DNA from: the human T2T-CHM13v2.0 reference genome, Homo sapiens
Length of the DNA stretch: 64,000 bases
Reading direction: 5' to 3' (one strand)
NCBI RefSeq assembly: GCF_009914755.1
Contig: NC_060926.1
A program made the position numbers and the translations under genes. Shown here one piece after another: positions 15,865 through 28,780 of this stretch. Each line of letters starts with the position of its first letter. The stretch's first letter is position 1. Below the pieces are notes generated by a model. It searched no databases and was not told where the DNA came from. It was given only the letters and a program-made list of their open reading frames with translations.

Positions 15865-16540
15865 CACAGTTTGGGAATCCCCAGAGAAATGGAGCTTTAA
15901 AGCCAGTAGTGTCTTCCACTCTTGGGCCTCCCAAAGCCGACTCTCAGTAGGCAAATGACACAGTGTCTTTCAACATTCACAGGAGGTCAAGGACATAGAA
16001 GTCACTTCCCAGCTTACCGAGCTCTCACCTCTCTCCCAGCTGTCACCACTGATCACTCTTAGGAAGTGGGCAATTGCTACTCTGCTGGCCCAGGGGAAAC
16101 GCCTGCATCCCTGCTCTTTCGTACCCGCCCTGCATGTGAATCTCATGTGTTATTCAGTTTTTCATTTTCAGAAAACAGCACTCCCGGTACAAAGGCCACT
16201 CCCTTGGGCCTCTTTGTAAACTTCTGTTGTGATTGGGATTTTCTTTTGCTTCAAAATTTCCTGTCACCTCTCCTTTTTAGGACAGAGTGAAAGGCCAGCT
16301 AAGTCAGAGCTTTCAGTGTATTTGGGTCGGTACCTACTCTCTTCCTCCACAGTGACCAAGGCAGAATCGGAAGTACCCATCTCATGACCTGTCAAAAGAG
16401 TGACTACACTGATGGTTTGTCTCAGTTTTAACAAACGTCTATCATTTTGTTACTTTAGGAAAACTGCAGCCTCTCTCTTGTTCAAACTCAGTGTGACATC
16501 TAATCTATAAGATACATTATTTGCTCAAACATGTCCATAT

Positions 16541-17070
16541 ACTGGGGCTGGAGGACTGCCTGAGGCCAGGAATTTGAGAGTAGCCTGGGTAACACAGCAA
16601 AGACCCCCATCTCTACAAAAAAATTTTTTAAAAAAAATTAGCCAGGTGTGGTGGTACGTGCCTATAAGTCCTAGCTATTCGGGAGGCTGAGGCAGAAGGG
16701 CTGCTTGAGCCCAGGAGTTCAAGGCTGCAGTGAGCCATGATCATACCACTGCATTACAGCCTGGGCAACTGAGAGACCTTGGAGTGATGGTATGACTTAA
16801 ATGAGAAATTTGCAAAATGAGAAATCACCATTCTGCATCACACCAAATACATTGTTAATGTTTGCAGATAACATTATGATTAGAGGCCTGGTGCAGTGGC
16901 TCACTCCTATAATCCCTATATTTTGGGAGGTCCAAGGGTTTGAGACCAGCCTGGGCAACCTAGGCAACATACTGAGACCCTATCTCTAAAAAAAAAAAAA
17001 AAAAAATTATTAGGTGTCAAAATGGAAATGGAATTTTAAATTTCTCAAAAAAAGTTTTAGGAAAAAAAAA
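16541..17070 (+). mobile_element. 5'-truncated AluJ-like element split near its 3' end by a ~263-bp insert
   Basis: Alu body to gagagaccttg (16781), resuming as tctcaaaaaaa near 17043; TSD-like aaacatgtc at 16527 and 17069. Confidence 0.75.
16783..17045 (-). repeat. Inverted copy of 15385-15630, including its Alu monomer
   Basis: Reverse-complement match end to end; also visible as paralogous ORFs 15391..15612(-) and 16801..16989(+). Confidence 0.9.
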
Positions 17071-17236
17071 ACATGTCTACACAGCAAAAATGATCTATCA
17101 CAGGCCTGTAATTTTTGTGGCAGTCTCTAAGTCTAAATTTATTTCAATTTCCCTCAGGGAAAGGAGGTTCCATAAATTTGATCATTTTGAAGTAAGACAA
17201 GGCCTACAGATCATTGACTTAAAGATATCAAAATGT

Positions 17237-17666
<430 letters not shown>

Positions 17667-17811
17667 CTAAAAATAAAAAAATGTTTTTAAGTTTTGATAA
17701 ATGTTTTAAACTTAAATTCTGATTTAGCTTAGACTGCATAAATCTTTAAGAAATTAGTTTTTTAAAAAGCAGGCAAATGGTAAAATCAGAATTATGATAT
17801 TTGTAAGCTGA

Positions 17812-17945
17812 ATGCCAGTGGCTCATGCCTGTAATCCCAGCACTTTGTGGGGCTGAGGCAGGTGGATCACTTGAGGTCAGGAGTTCAAGACTAGCCTAGG
17901 CAAGATGGCGAGGCATGTCTCTGTAAAAAGAAAAAGGAAAAAAAG
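17812..17945 (+). mobile_element. Alu left-arm fragment
   Basis: cagtggctcatgcctgtaatcccagcacttt...A-rich end. Confidence 0.8.
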
Positions 17946-18419
17946 AATTATGATGTTTGAGTTCAACTTGGAAAGTTACCTTGAAAAAAACAAAAAAAAA
18001 ACAAAAAACAAACAAAAAAACCCTGTCATTTCAAAAACACTCCTGCCTATCATCACCAAAAACGAAACAGTTCCTGTTCCCCCAGGAGTTCCAAAATACA
18101 TGGTACCCAGCAACTTCATTCGGCACTTGCTACAAAATCCGTTTCTTTGCTGAGAATTCTTAGCCATTGCTGGAGTGAATGTAGCTAAGAGTAGAACTAG
18201 GATTACTGTAATAGTTACTCTGTTGAAGTGATCTAGAAAATGAGATGTGTTGAAGCGGGGAAGTGTTTGATTGTCAGGTCTAGAGGAAAAGAATAGGAAA
18301 AGTCTCCGAGCTTTGAATTTCCTGATGTTTACATAGTACAAAGGTTTATTAGAAGAGGCTGACGAATGTCTAAAAGGCTCAGTTTCTTCTATTGTATTTT
18401 CAAATAGCAGAGAAATAGC

Positions 18420-18448
18420 TTTATTTTTACTACTCATAACAGTTTATT
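18420..18448 (-). terminator. SERPINE2: Tandem AATAAA poly(A) signals of SERPINE2
   Basis: TTTATT on + at 18420-18425 and 18443-18448, about 700 nt after the stop, with two TGTA motifs just upstream in the mRNA sense. Confidence 0.75.
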
Positions 18449-18586
18449 TTTACTTTGTACAAAATACAAAAATGCAAATCCAAGGAGTACAGACCAGTAG
18501 TGACAGGCACACTGCACAACAGCAACCTTGTCTAGCAAGACAGGAGTTTTTTAAATTTTATTTTAGTGAATACATGCATTATATAA

Positions 18587-18609
18587 AACAACAACAACAA
18601 CAACAACAA
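18587..18609. repeat. (AAC)n repeat in the SERPINE2 3'UTR, read as (UUG)n in the mRNA
   Basis: About 7 units. Confidence 0.9.
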
Positions 18610-19133
18610 AAACACAAAGAGGCTAGAGATTTCACCGTTTCTACCCCCAAAATAACGCTTGCTATCAAGACTTTGGAGGGGGATGGGGGAAAAGAATTTA
18701 AAAGGCAAATAATTTTTTTTTCATAAAAAGTAAAAGCTACCATAAAACATTTTTTTTTCTGTCACACTGATTAAATTTCTTCTGAAAAGCCGCACATATA
18801 GACAAAACAAAACAAAAATTCCTGAACTGGACAAACAGCAAATACTCAACAGGGTTGTTAACCTAGGTAACAGTTCAGTAGTTTAAAGAATCTTTTAGAC
18901 ATCTGGAAGCCTTTCTATTCATTCCTCAGTACAGTGTTCCAGCCATCCTGCTTGTTTTTTCCCTCCAATACCTCCCAGAACAGAAACACTTGCATCGAGT
19001 CTGTTCCTAAGAACTAGTTTTGAAAAAGAAGCGATGTACAAAAATATTTAACAGAACTATGAAAGATGCAGGAAAGGAGTCTTTCTTCGTAGCAAAGTAG
19101 TCGTTGCTTTGCATGGTTTCTTTTGTATACTCT

Positions 19134-19171
19134 TCAGGGTTTGTTTATCTGCCCCATGAATAACACAGCAC
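19134..19171 (-). CDS. SERPINE2: SERPINE2 last coding exon, ends at TGA
   Basis: Acceptor tctgtag|; GAVLFMGQINKP*; total CDS 1194 or 1197 nt = 397 or 398 aa. Confidence 0.97.
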
Positions 19172-19403
19172 CTACAGAATTAAAAGAAAACAATGCATGA
19201 CTCTGTAAATTAATAATCCTTAAAATAAGATGGAAGGTATTCTATTTAAGGGAAGGGAAACAATCATGTTTGACCTCTTGCTCAGTAGTGTCCAGTATAA
19301 CTTTCTGCAGTGGTAGAGATGGTCTATATCTTTGTTGTCTAGCATGGTAGCCACTAGTCACATGTGGCCAGAGAGTGCTTAAAATGTGGCTAGTGTGACT
19401 TAG

Positions 19404-19824
<421 letters not shown>

Positions 19825-20099
19825 TGAGATAAGAGAATAAGGAACTATCTCATATTACTGATTAAATAAAATAGTAAAAGCTAAAATATATTAGTGCCTA
19901 CTCTTGTACCAACAAGAAGCCAACCTCTCTACAAAGATGAACTTATACTTCATAATTGTAATAAGCAGTCAGCACTACTGTTGTCCTCATTTTAAAGATG
20001 AGGCTTAAGGCCAGAGCCAAGTTTGAACCATGACTCACAGAGCAAAAATCTACTGTATTAACAATTCCCAAGGTATAACAATAGAGTGGGCTTACAAAG

Positions 20100-20458
20100 T
20101 GGTATGGTTTGGCTCTGTGTCTCCACTCAAATCTTGCCTCGAATTGTTAATAATCCCCATATATCAAGGGCAGGACCAGGTGGAGAAAACTGAATCATAG
20201 GAGCAGTTTCCCCCATACTGTTCTTGTGATAGTGAGTGAGTTCTCATGAGATCTGATGGTTTTATAAGGGGTTTCCCACTTCACTCGGCTCTCATTCTCT
20301 CCCCTGCTGCCCTGTGAAGTGATGCCTTCCACCGTAATTGTGAGGTTCCTGAGGCTTCCCTAGCCATGTGAAACTGTGAGTCAATTAAACCTCTTTTTCC
20401 TTGTAAATTACCCACTCTAGGGTATTTCTTCATAGCAGGGTGAGAACAGACTAATACA
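20100..20458 (+). mobile_element. THE1-family (MaLR) solo LTR
   Basis: tggtatggtttggctctgtgtc...gtcaattaaacctcttt...agaacagactaataca; TG..CA ends; TSD-like caaag/caaaa. Confidence 0.85.
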
Positions 20459-20810
20459 CAAAAGTTGAAGTTATATAGCTTCTAGCAAAATTGAACCACC
20501 ACATTTATATAAATATGGAAAAGTCAATAGATGTCAAAAGTGTTCCAAAGGGATGCTGAGCCTCTCTGTTAAAAACAACAATCCGCAAAACCTAAAATCC
20601 TGTCAGTGTGTAAAAGATTCCATCACATCTGTAAACACAGCCTTTATTTTCCTATCTCTTTAACATGGGTGGTTATATTATTCAAAGTGTCTGCAACTAC
20701 TGACATTAGGGAAATGGACTATGGGCACCACTGTTGGATATAATGAAGAGTGCAATATACCTTTTGAAATTCTAACAGAGAGGGCATGATGGAAGAGGAG
20801 AGTCACTTAC

Positions 20811-20894
20811 CTGTAGGATTATGTCGGATGAAAAACAGAAAAGGTCTGTCTACTATAAACCAGGGAGGCGATGATCTTGCAATGAGAATTGCAG
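20811..20894 (-). CDS. SERPINE2: SERPINE2 exon 8 (reactive-centre loop, P1 Arg codon at 20875-20877)
   Basis: Acceptor ttcccgtag|; TAILIAR-SSPPWFIVDRPFLFFIRHNPT serpin signature; donor G|GTAAGT; 84 nt. Confidence 0.97.
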
Positions 20895-21238
20895 CTACGG
20901 GAAGAAAAGGAAAATGTGTTGTGCACATTACATGAGACCATGTAAGCATAAGGCCAGCAAGTTAGCTAGCTTCATGGACCCTCAGAGGCTGGTGTCTGAA
21001 GACACACTTCATGCTTGTTCCATAGGCTGGCCATGTTACAACAGGCTCAATGGTCACCATTTACTAAGCCTACCTTGGGCCAGGCCCTTTACATTACTCT
21101 CTCATGTCTTCTACACAAGCACCATCTCTGATAAACATACTTACTCCTCATAGAGTTTTGATGAGAATTAAATGACATAATTAAATGACATAAGATATAT
21201 TATAGCTCTTAGAAGTGTTTGCCACTAAACACATCTAA

Positions 21239-21651
<413 letters not shown>

Positions 21652-22047
21652 TAGCTTTTGTGTCTGTGCCTTCTCCTTTGGCACATTATTTAGGTTTCCT
21701 CTGCACTGGAATGTAGACCACTCATCCGGGACCTACTACCTTATACTGCTGTTCCACTCACCAGGTGTAGGCATCTGACTTGGAAAGCAAACTTCTTTAG
21801 CCTCATGGGTCTTGGCCATTCCTCGTCTGCCAGGCTTGTTTCCATTTAATAAGCCTGAACCAGGGCCTCACGGGAGGGTAGGTGTGTGGCATTACTACCA
21901 CATGCCTGTTGCAATAGCTCAGTCCTCTTGCTCAAACCCCATGAAGTATTGAACACTTGGGCTTGATGTTATAAAGGAAACAGCTGCAGTTATGCTGGGG
22001 CAAGCCCTTTTACCCAGGGTTATTAAAAACAAATATTAAATAGCAGG

Positions 22048-22409
22048 TGTTATGGACTGAAATGTGTCTCCCCCCAAATTCATATGCTGAAGCCCCAAAC
22101 CCCTAACGTAACTGTATTTGGAGATAATGCCTTTGAGGAGGTAATGAAGGTTAAGTAGGGTTCTATTCTAATAGGACCGTTGCCCTTATTTGAAGTGGGA
22201 GAGACACCAGGGATGTGTCACATGGAGAAAAGACCATGTGAGGACACAGGGAGGGGGCGACCTCCGGAGATCCAGAGATCTCAGGAGAAACAAACCTGCC
22301 AACACCAACACCTTGATCTTGAACTCGCAGCCTCCAGAAGTGTGAGTTCTGTTGTTTAAACCACTCAGTCAACGGTATTTTGTCATGGCAGCCCAGGCGG
22401 ACTAAGACA
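22048..22409 (+). mobile_element. MLT1A/B-like (MaLR) solo LTR
   Basis: tgttatggactgaaatgtgtctcccccaaattcatatg...gcagcccaggcggactaagaca; TSD gcagg/ggagg. Confidence 0.8.
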
Positions 22410-23122
22410 GGAGGACCTGGGCGGTTACATGGGGCCCTGCACTGGGTTTAATACTCTGCTGTTGCTATCTTGAAATTCTTATACATTTTGAACAAGGGGC
22501 TCCATATTTTCATTTGGCACAGGACCCCACAAACTATGTAGCTGGTCCTGATAGTTACACTCAGCAAAACTGGTCAATAACTTTTAGATGTTACTTAAAA
22601 TTACCTAGAAAAGACAAAAAGCATCTTAAAATTTCCAACCCTCTTATTTCAGGGTCTTTGTTTTAAATGCTTCTTTAAAGGAATTTTTAAAACGTTTATT
22701 CGAGAAAGGCAATAACACATCTATTGTGAGTATAACTGGTATGTTTCAATGACCAGAGATATTTGACCCAGCTGCAAGTGTAGCTAAGATTTTCACTTTA
22801 TGGGCTCACAGAGTTGGCCAAATCTATTCATCTATTTTCCTACGGATAATGAGGGGTGAAAAAACTGACTTACGATTGTTCTGTTTTCTCCTTCATTATG
22901 TAAACCACTGAGGAGGAAGCAGATGTGGATGTTCTAATTATCAAGGAAGGCTGTACAGCAATCCTGCCGCAATTCAACAGATGCTGGCGAATTCTTCGGT
23001 TTATCCTGGATAGACCTGATTGCCTATTTTCCTTTAAGTACTTGTTGTTTATTTTATGTTCAAATCTGAAGATTGGTCTTTTTTGCCAGTAAGAAGCCAG
23101 AACATGTTTTATCCTCCTGAGA

Positions 23123-23345
23123 GCAGGGGTCAGCAAACTATTTTCCTCAAGGCAAGTCTACCAGGACAAATCCTGTTTTTATAAATAAAGTTTTATTGGA
23201 ACACAGCCACATCTGTTTACTTGTATTGTTGATTGCTGTTTTCATGCTACAGTGAAAGAGCTAAGAAGCTGTAATGGAGATGGTATGACACACAAATCTG
23301 AAATACATACTACCTGGCTCTTTATAGAAGTTTGCTGACTCCTGT
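23123..23345. mobile_element. MER58A-like hAT element
   Basis: TIRs caggggtcagcaaact...agtttgctgactcctg. Confidence 0.7.
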
Positions 23346-23575
23346 CCTAGAGGAATTTCTCTCACTGAAATGCTTTTCTTTAATGAAACAGATTCTGAGC
23401 TTTGTGGTTACGGGTCTTCAGTCTGTCTGTACTCACTGCTGTCTCCTGAGGGTTAACCCACACACAGTGCCTGGCTGGAAAGAGGGTGCATTACATATTT
23501 GCTCAACCAATGAGTATACAGGAATGTGTTTGCTCCCCTGCTAGAGGAAGCCCTGCCACGTGACCCAGTGCTTAC

Positions 23576-23665
23576 TTGTTGCTGCTGAAGCTTTGGTTCC
23601 ATCTTCACTGACTTCAATTTTTGCTTTTTGCAAGATATGAGAAACATGGAGGTTTTCTGACCCTG
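23576..23665 (-). CDS. SERPINE2: SERPINE2 exon 7; NAGNAG acceptor gives start at 23665 or 23662
   Basis: ggAAG|CAG|gg; (TG or R)SENLHVSHILQKAKIEVSEDGTKASAAT hinge region; donor A|GTAAGC; 90 or 87 nt. Confidence 0.96.
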
Positions 23666-25346
23666 CTTCCAGAAAATAAAACAGTATCAGCATTTGTTTG
23701 ATAGGCAGGCCATTGGTTGGTTGGGGAAGTAACCTCAAAGCTCAAAGCCATGGCAAATTCCAATTTTTAAAGTGTCAGAAGACATGACCTCTGACAGTCC
23801 TGGTGTTGAAGGCTGCAGACAGCTGTTACTTGTGAATTTCAGTCCCTGCTAAGTGAACTGTGATACTCACTTCTGGAGAAGGGCCCAGGCCCTCAAATGA
23901 TTTAGTGCCTCTATCAATTCAATTCTGATCACTAGAATTGTTTTTTAAAAATGAAAAGAGCAGAGCTTTAAAAAGGAAGCCCGGTTTTCTGGAAGCAGCA
24001 AGGCAACAAGATTATTTTTCAGTTACAGAATGCAGATGCAGAAGGGATTTCAGACAGCATTTACAGATGGGGAAACTGAGGCCTAGAACGTTAAGTAATG
24101 TTCCCTGCAATCATACGGCTAGTTAGTGGCAGAGTAAGTCCTGGCTCTTCACAACAGCCACTCATCTCATGGGCATGCTAGTAAGAGAAGAGTGTCGAAC
24201 AAGAGAAGAGTTTAGATTTTCCTGGAAGGGCCGATGTGTAAATGCAGTTGTGCCTCAGGGACATTCTGGTGAACTCACTTTACTTCTCAGCAAATTCTGA
24301 CCATTCCAGCAACACCCACTGGGTGTAGCTTTCACAGAGAATGAAAAACTTAAGTTGATATTAGTCTGGATGGGACATAGGTCTGGATGCAAAGGGAAAA
24401 TGTGCTTTTTGTGTCATCTGCTTGTGAACTATCTGCACCAATGCCCAGCTCTAATATGACCAAATTGTGACTGAGATGCACATTTATAGGGCCCAAGTCA
24501 CATGCAGTGTTAAAGAGGACTTTCCAGGAGAATCTGGGGCACCTGGTTCTTCCTGTGAACACCCCCCATTTAGTATTTCAGCTACCATGAACAACCTTGA
24601 AGGGAAAAGTGCAGATGAAAATGGTGCTTCTCAGTCTTTGCTGGGCTGAGGGACTGTGTTAAAATGGATTCTGGTTCAGTGGGTCTGGGTTACACCCAAG
24701 ATTGTGTATTTCAAACAAGCTCCTGGGTGATGCTAATGCTGCTGGGCTGGAGGCCTGAGTTTGAGTCATGAGGGATGAACGGCTATCAGAATATCCATGG
24801 AGCTGCAGGTTCACCAGGGGAGTCATGTTTGTCCCCAGAACAGGTACTAGGTGTTTACTAGCATGCAACTGAAGCTGGTAATGAGCTAATTTCTTACCAC
24901 TCAAAGTTATTTGCAAACTGGAGTGCAAATAATGTTCAAGTCATGGCTTTTCCTTGGAAAGATTGCTATGTTCTAAATTTAAAGAACAAAGGACTGACCA
25001 TTCAAACATAACTCTAGAAAAAGGTACATATACTGCTGGCAAATGAAAAGCATGCCTTAATTGCTTTGGCAAAGGAAAGTTTTAATCAGATTCATCTGAA
25101 TTTATATCGTTTCATATTAATGAGCATGAAATGCCAAAATACATATCTGGGTACAGTGAATGACTGCAGTCTTGACTTTTTTTCAAGCAAAAGGAAAAAG
25201 TTGGCATTTGAAAACAGAGCGACAACACCTAAGTCAGAGCCAATATTCATAAAAGCAATACATGAAATACTCCTTTAGGTAGTCACTGGGGCTTCCCATG
25301 AAATGTACGTGCAAAATGTGGGGACGCTGATTTAAATGAAGGTCAA

Positions 25347-25767
25347 GAGCAATGACTAGATAAAGAAAATGAGGTATGTACACATCATGGAATACTACTC
25401 AGTCATAAAAAGAATGAAATAATATCTTTTGCAGCAACTTGAATGGAGCTGGAGGCCATTATTCTAAATGAAGTAACTCAAGAATGGAAAACCAAATACT
25501 GTATGTTCTCGCTTGTAAGTGGGAGATAAGCTACGGGTATGCAAAGGCATACAGAGTGGTATAATGGATTATGGAGACTCAGAAGGAGGAGGGTGGGTTG
25601 GTGAGGAGCTAAAAATCTATTAATACATATTGAGTACAACGTATACTACTCGGGGGAGGGGTGTACTAAAATCTCAGACTTCATCGCTATATAAACTGAT
25701 CCATGTAACCAAAAACCACTTGTATCCCAAAAACTATTGAAATAAAAAGATAAAAGGAAAAAATAAA
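25347..25767 (+). mobile_element. 5'-truncated L1 3' end (L1PB/L1MA-like)
   Basis: atggaatactactcag..ataaaaagaatgaaataatatcttttgcagcaac; A-rich tail; TSD taaatgaaggtcaa at 25333 and 25768. Confidence 0.85.
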
Positions 25768-25945
25768 TAAATGAAGGTCAATAAATAAACGAAGGCCAAT
25801 AGCATAATTTGGCAATGTATCAAATGAAACCTTGTACAGTTTCAGGGCAACACATTCCTAATTCTGATCCTTTTTCTCTGCACAAATCAGTCTCAGTTTG
25901 TAACACTTTCTTCAAGTATACAAATACATTTTAAATTGAACATAC

Positions 25946-26046
25946 TTGTTATTTTTGCAAAATTTGCCTTTGATGAATCAAACATGTCAGTAATGCCAAG
26001 AACTTTCAGCGGCTCCTTCAAATCTGTTTGTGCTACAGCTGTGAAC
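25946..26046 (-). CDS. SERPINE2: SERPINE2 exon 6
   Basis: Acceptor catgctag|; FTAVAQTDLKEPLKVLGITDMFDSSKANFAKIT; donor A|GTATGT; 101 nt. Confidence 0.97.
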
Positions 26047-26513
26047 CTAGCATGAAAGCAGAAATGGAGAAAAAAAATCACGAGGCTATAAATGCTACAT
26101 GATAGAGTCGGTGCATGTTTACAAACTGATTCTTTTAAAGTTAATATCTGAATACCGATCTGAATTGCATCTTAAATTTGAATTCCAAATTTAAATACCA
26201 GATAAGTAAAGGACAACTCCTCTCTCAAACACTTAGCTGGCAAAATGAGTCATACGTACTAACGGCAAGAATAGGCGCTCCCACCCTCAGGTGTAATGGG
26301 CCCCCTGTTCCAATACTTAGGAAGATCTACAAACATACTTTCTTTTATACTGATGTGGAGGTTGAGTGTTAACAAGTTCCTAGTACTCTGGAATATCTAT
26401 TATTCTTCCCCATATCCAACTAAAGTTCTCCATATCCATCTTGGCTGCTCTAAGACCTGCCATCCTTATTGGGATTGGAGATGGTCAAAAGAGAGGAGAA
26501 ACATTCCTGATAG

Positions 26514-26817
<304 letters not shown>

Positions 26818-26952
26818 CCTTTTGAGATTCTGAAAGTATTTTACTATTAAAACAGGAGCAAAGATTAGGCATAGGTGACATGGTATTATATTTGGGTATA
26901 ATATAGGTTTCTTGAATATTTGTGACCTACTTGGCCTTGGGGATATATGGAG

Positions 26953-27012
26953 ATATATACACACACACACACACACGTATATATATGTGTGTATATGTGT
27001 GTGTGTGTGTGT
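26953..27012. repeat. Compound (AT)(CA)(TA)(TG) microsatellite
   Basis: 60 bp of purine-pyrimidine alternation. Confidence 0.9.
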
Positions 27013-28005
27013 TTGTGTAAATGTCAGTTACTGTCATCAGAGGATGCTTTATCAGATTTGATCTCATCCTGTGGAAGAGCACTAAGGAGACGTGGGCAGA
27101 TTCTCACCACAGATGGGCTATAATGGTAAAGAACCTGTTCTTCACCCATTGAGGCCTACGATGCCACCATCTTATTTATTTATTTATATCAAGCATTGCC
27201 TACTTGAAGGCTTATTTTACAAAAAAAAAAAAATCTTGAGAGAATTAGTAATACTTATTGTGAATGTCTTACTCTGATTACTTAACTCGGTGACCAAAGA
27301 ATCAAAAGCTATTAGAACTCTCCACTACCACCAAGACCTGGGTTGTTAAAAGCTCTGGATGGTGGGAAGGCAGCAATGTTGAAAAGTTCATAGAAAGGGA
27401 ACAACATTCATTGCTTCTTCACAGTTCTGGGCAAAGCATTCTCTGACCTGTTAGAACATGAAGATTCATACAGGATTTGGGGTTACTTTTCCCATGGCTT
27501 CAAGTCATAACAGCTCAAATTCCATCTTTGTCTTACTCTTAGGGTATAATAGAAAAACTGGCTGCCTTGGTCTTCATGAACTTCTAGTTAAATAAATAAA
27601 TAACTAAAATGAAGCTCCTTATGAAAGCACATGGAGTTCTATTAACCCTCACTGTACTTTCATCCATACTATGATGACACACGTGTGTTTTCAGTCTTTT
27701 AAATACAATGAGATATGTCAAAAAGCCCCTGCAGTACCATGAACTGCTTATGCTCATGTGGAGGTTTAGAGACCAAGGTTGCCCTCTCTCCTTTCTTATG
27801 ATCCATATCTTACCATACAGGAAGCACAGGCATTGAATAAAAGCGTTTAGAAAAGCACGGCCTCGTAATCCCACCATGAAATTTCTGCAGAACAGAACAG
27901 GCTTCATGATGTGCCATATTTTCGCCTCATGTTGTCTGGTGTCCGACATAACACCTGCTGATTGAATAATGCCACTGTTTTCTTTGAGGGGAAGGGGCCA
28001 CTTAC

Positions 28006-28204
28006 TTGGGCAGGATCACCTGCACCCTCTTGGGCACCATGATGCTCATCCAGCTGTCTATGGTCTTGGTGCTGATGTGTGGGATGATGGCAGACAGCGG
28101 AGTGGAGCTCTCAGTCGGCAGTGCAATCAGCATGCTGATGCTTTCCCCGTGGTAGGGCAGTTCAATGAAGTTGTACCATAAATCATTGGGGGCACTTGTC
28201 GACC
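28006..28204 (-). CDS. SERPINE2: SERPINE2 exon 5
   Basis: Acceptor ttctttag|; GSTSAPNDLWYNFIELPYHGESISMLIALP...VQVILPK; donor AA|GTAAGT; 199 nt. Confidence 0.96.
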
Positions 28205-28553
28205 CTAAAGAAATCAGAAGCAGGTTCAGTGTATCCTTGTTGACTTCTAGAAGCAGGATGAGTGCTTGCTGGTCACCGGGATAGCTTCAGAGAGCAACTC
28301 AGTTGGAGAACTTCCCTTTTCCACAAATAGCTTCCTTAGAAGGACAAAGACAAGGACAATTATTTCTTCCTTCCCCAGTGAAGAATTCTCCTTTCTTCAG
28401 TCTAGACAGAATGCCTTTGGGAATCACTGAAATCACTTTAATTCTGTTAAGGAGAATTTAACTAAATCACAAAGTGCTTAAAATTCAGTGCTTTGCAAGA
28501 AGTTGACCCTCACATGAATAAAAGAATACATTCAAGCTGCCTTAGAATCATTC

Positions 28554-28780
28554 CTTTTTTTTTTTTTTTAAATAAAGTGTATTGTGTATATTAAGGTACA
28601 CAATATGACGTTATGGGATACATATAGATAGTAAAATAGTTACTATGAAAAAGCAAATTAACATATCCATTATCTCACATAATTACCCATTTTGCTGTTT
28701 TTGGGACAAGAGCGGCTAAAATTTACTCATTGAGCAGGAATCCCAACATGGTGCAATTTTATTACCTCTAGTCCTCATTT
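28554..28780 (-). mobile_element. L1MA-like 3' end fragment
   Basis: T-tract followed by gtattgtgtatattaaggtacacaatatga...aattaacatatccattatctcacata. Confidence 0.65.

Noticed and set aside
15391-16989. Two similar ORFs (MRNLQ...) on opposite strands resembling a small gene family
   Set aside because: Explained by the inverted local duplication; half of each ORF is Alu sequence, and they differ by a frame-shifting indel near the end.
17976-18437. 153-aa minus-strand ORF beyond the SERPINE2 3'UTR
   Set aside because: It starts at the poly(A) signals and its hydrophobic end comes from an A-rich tract.
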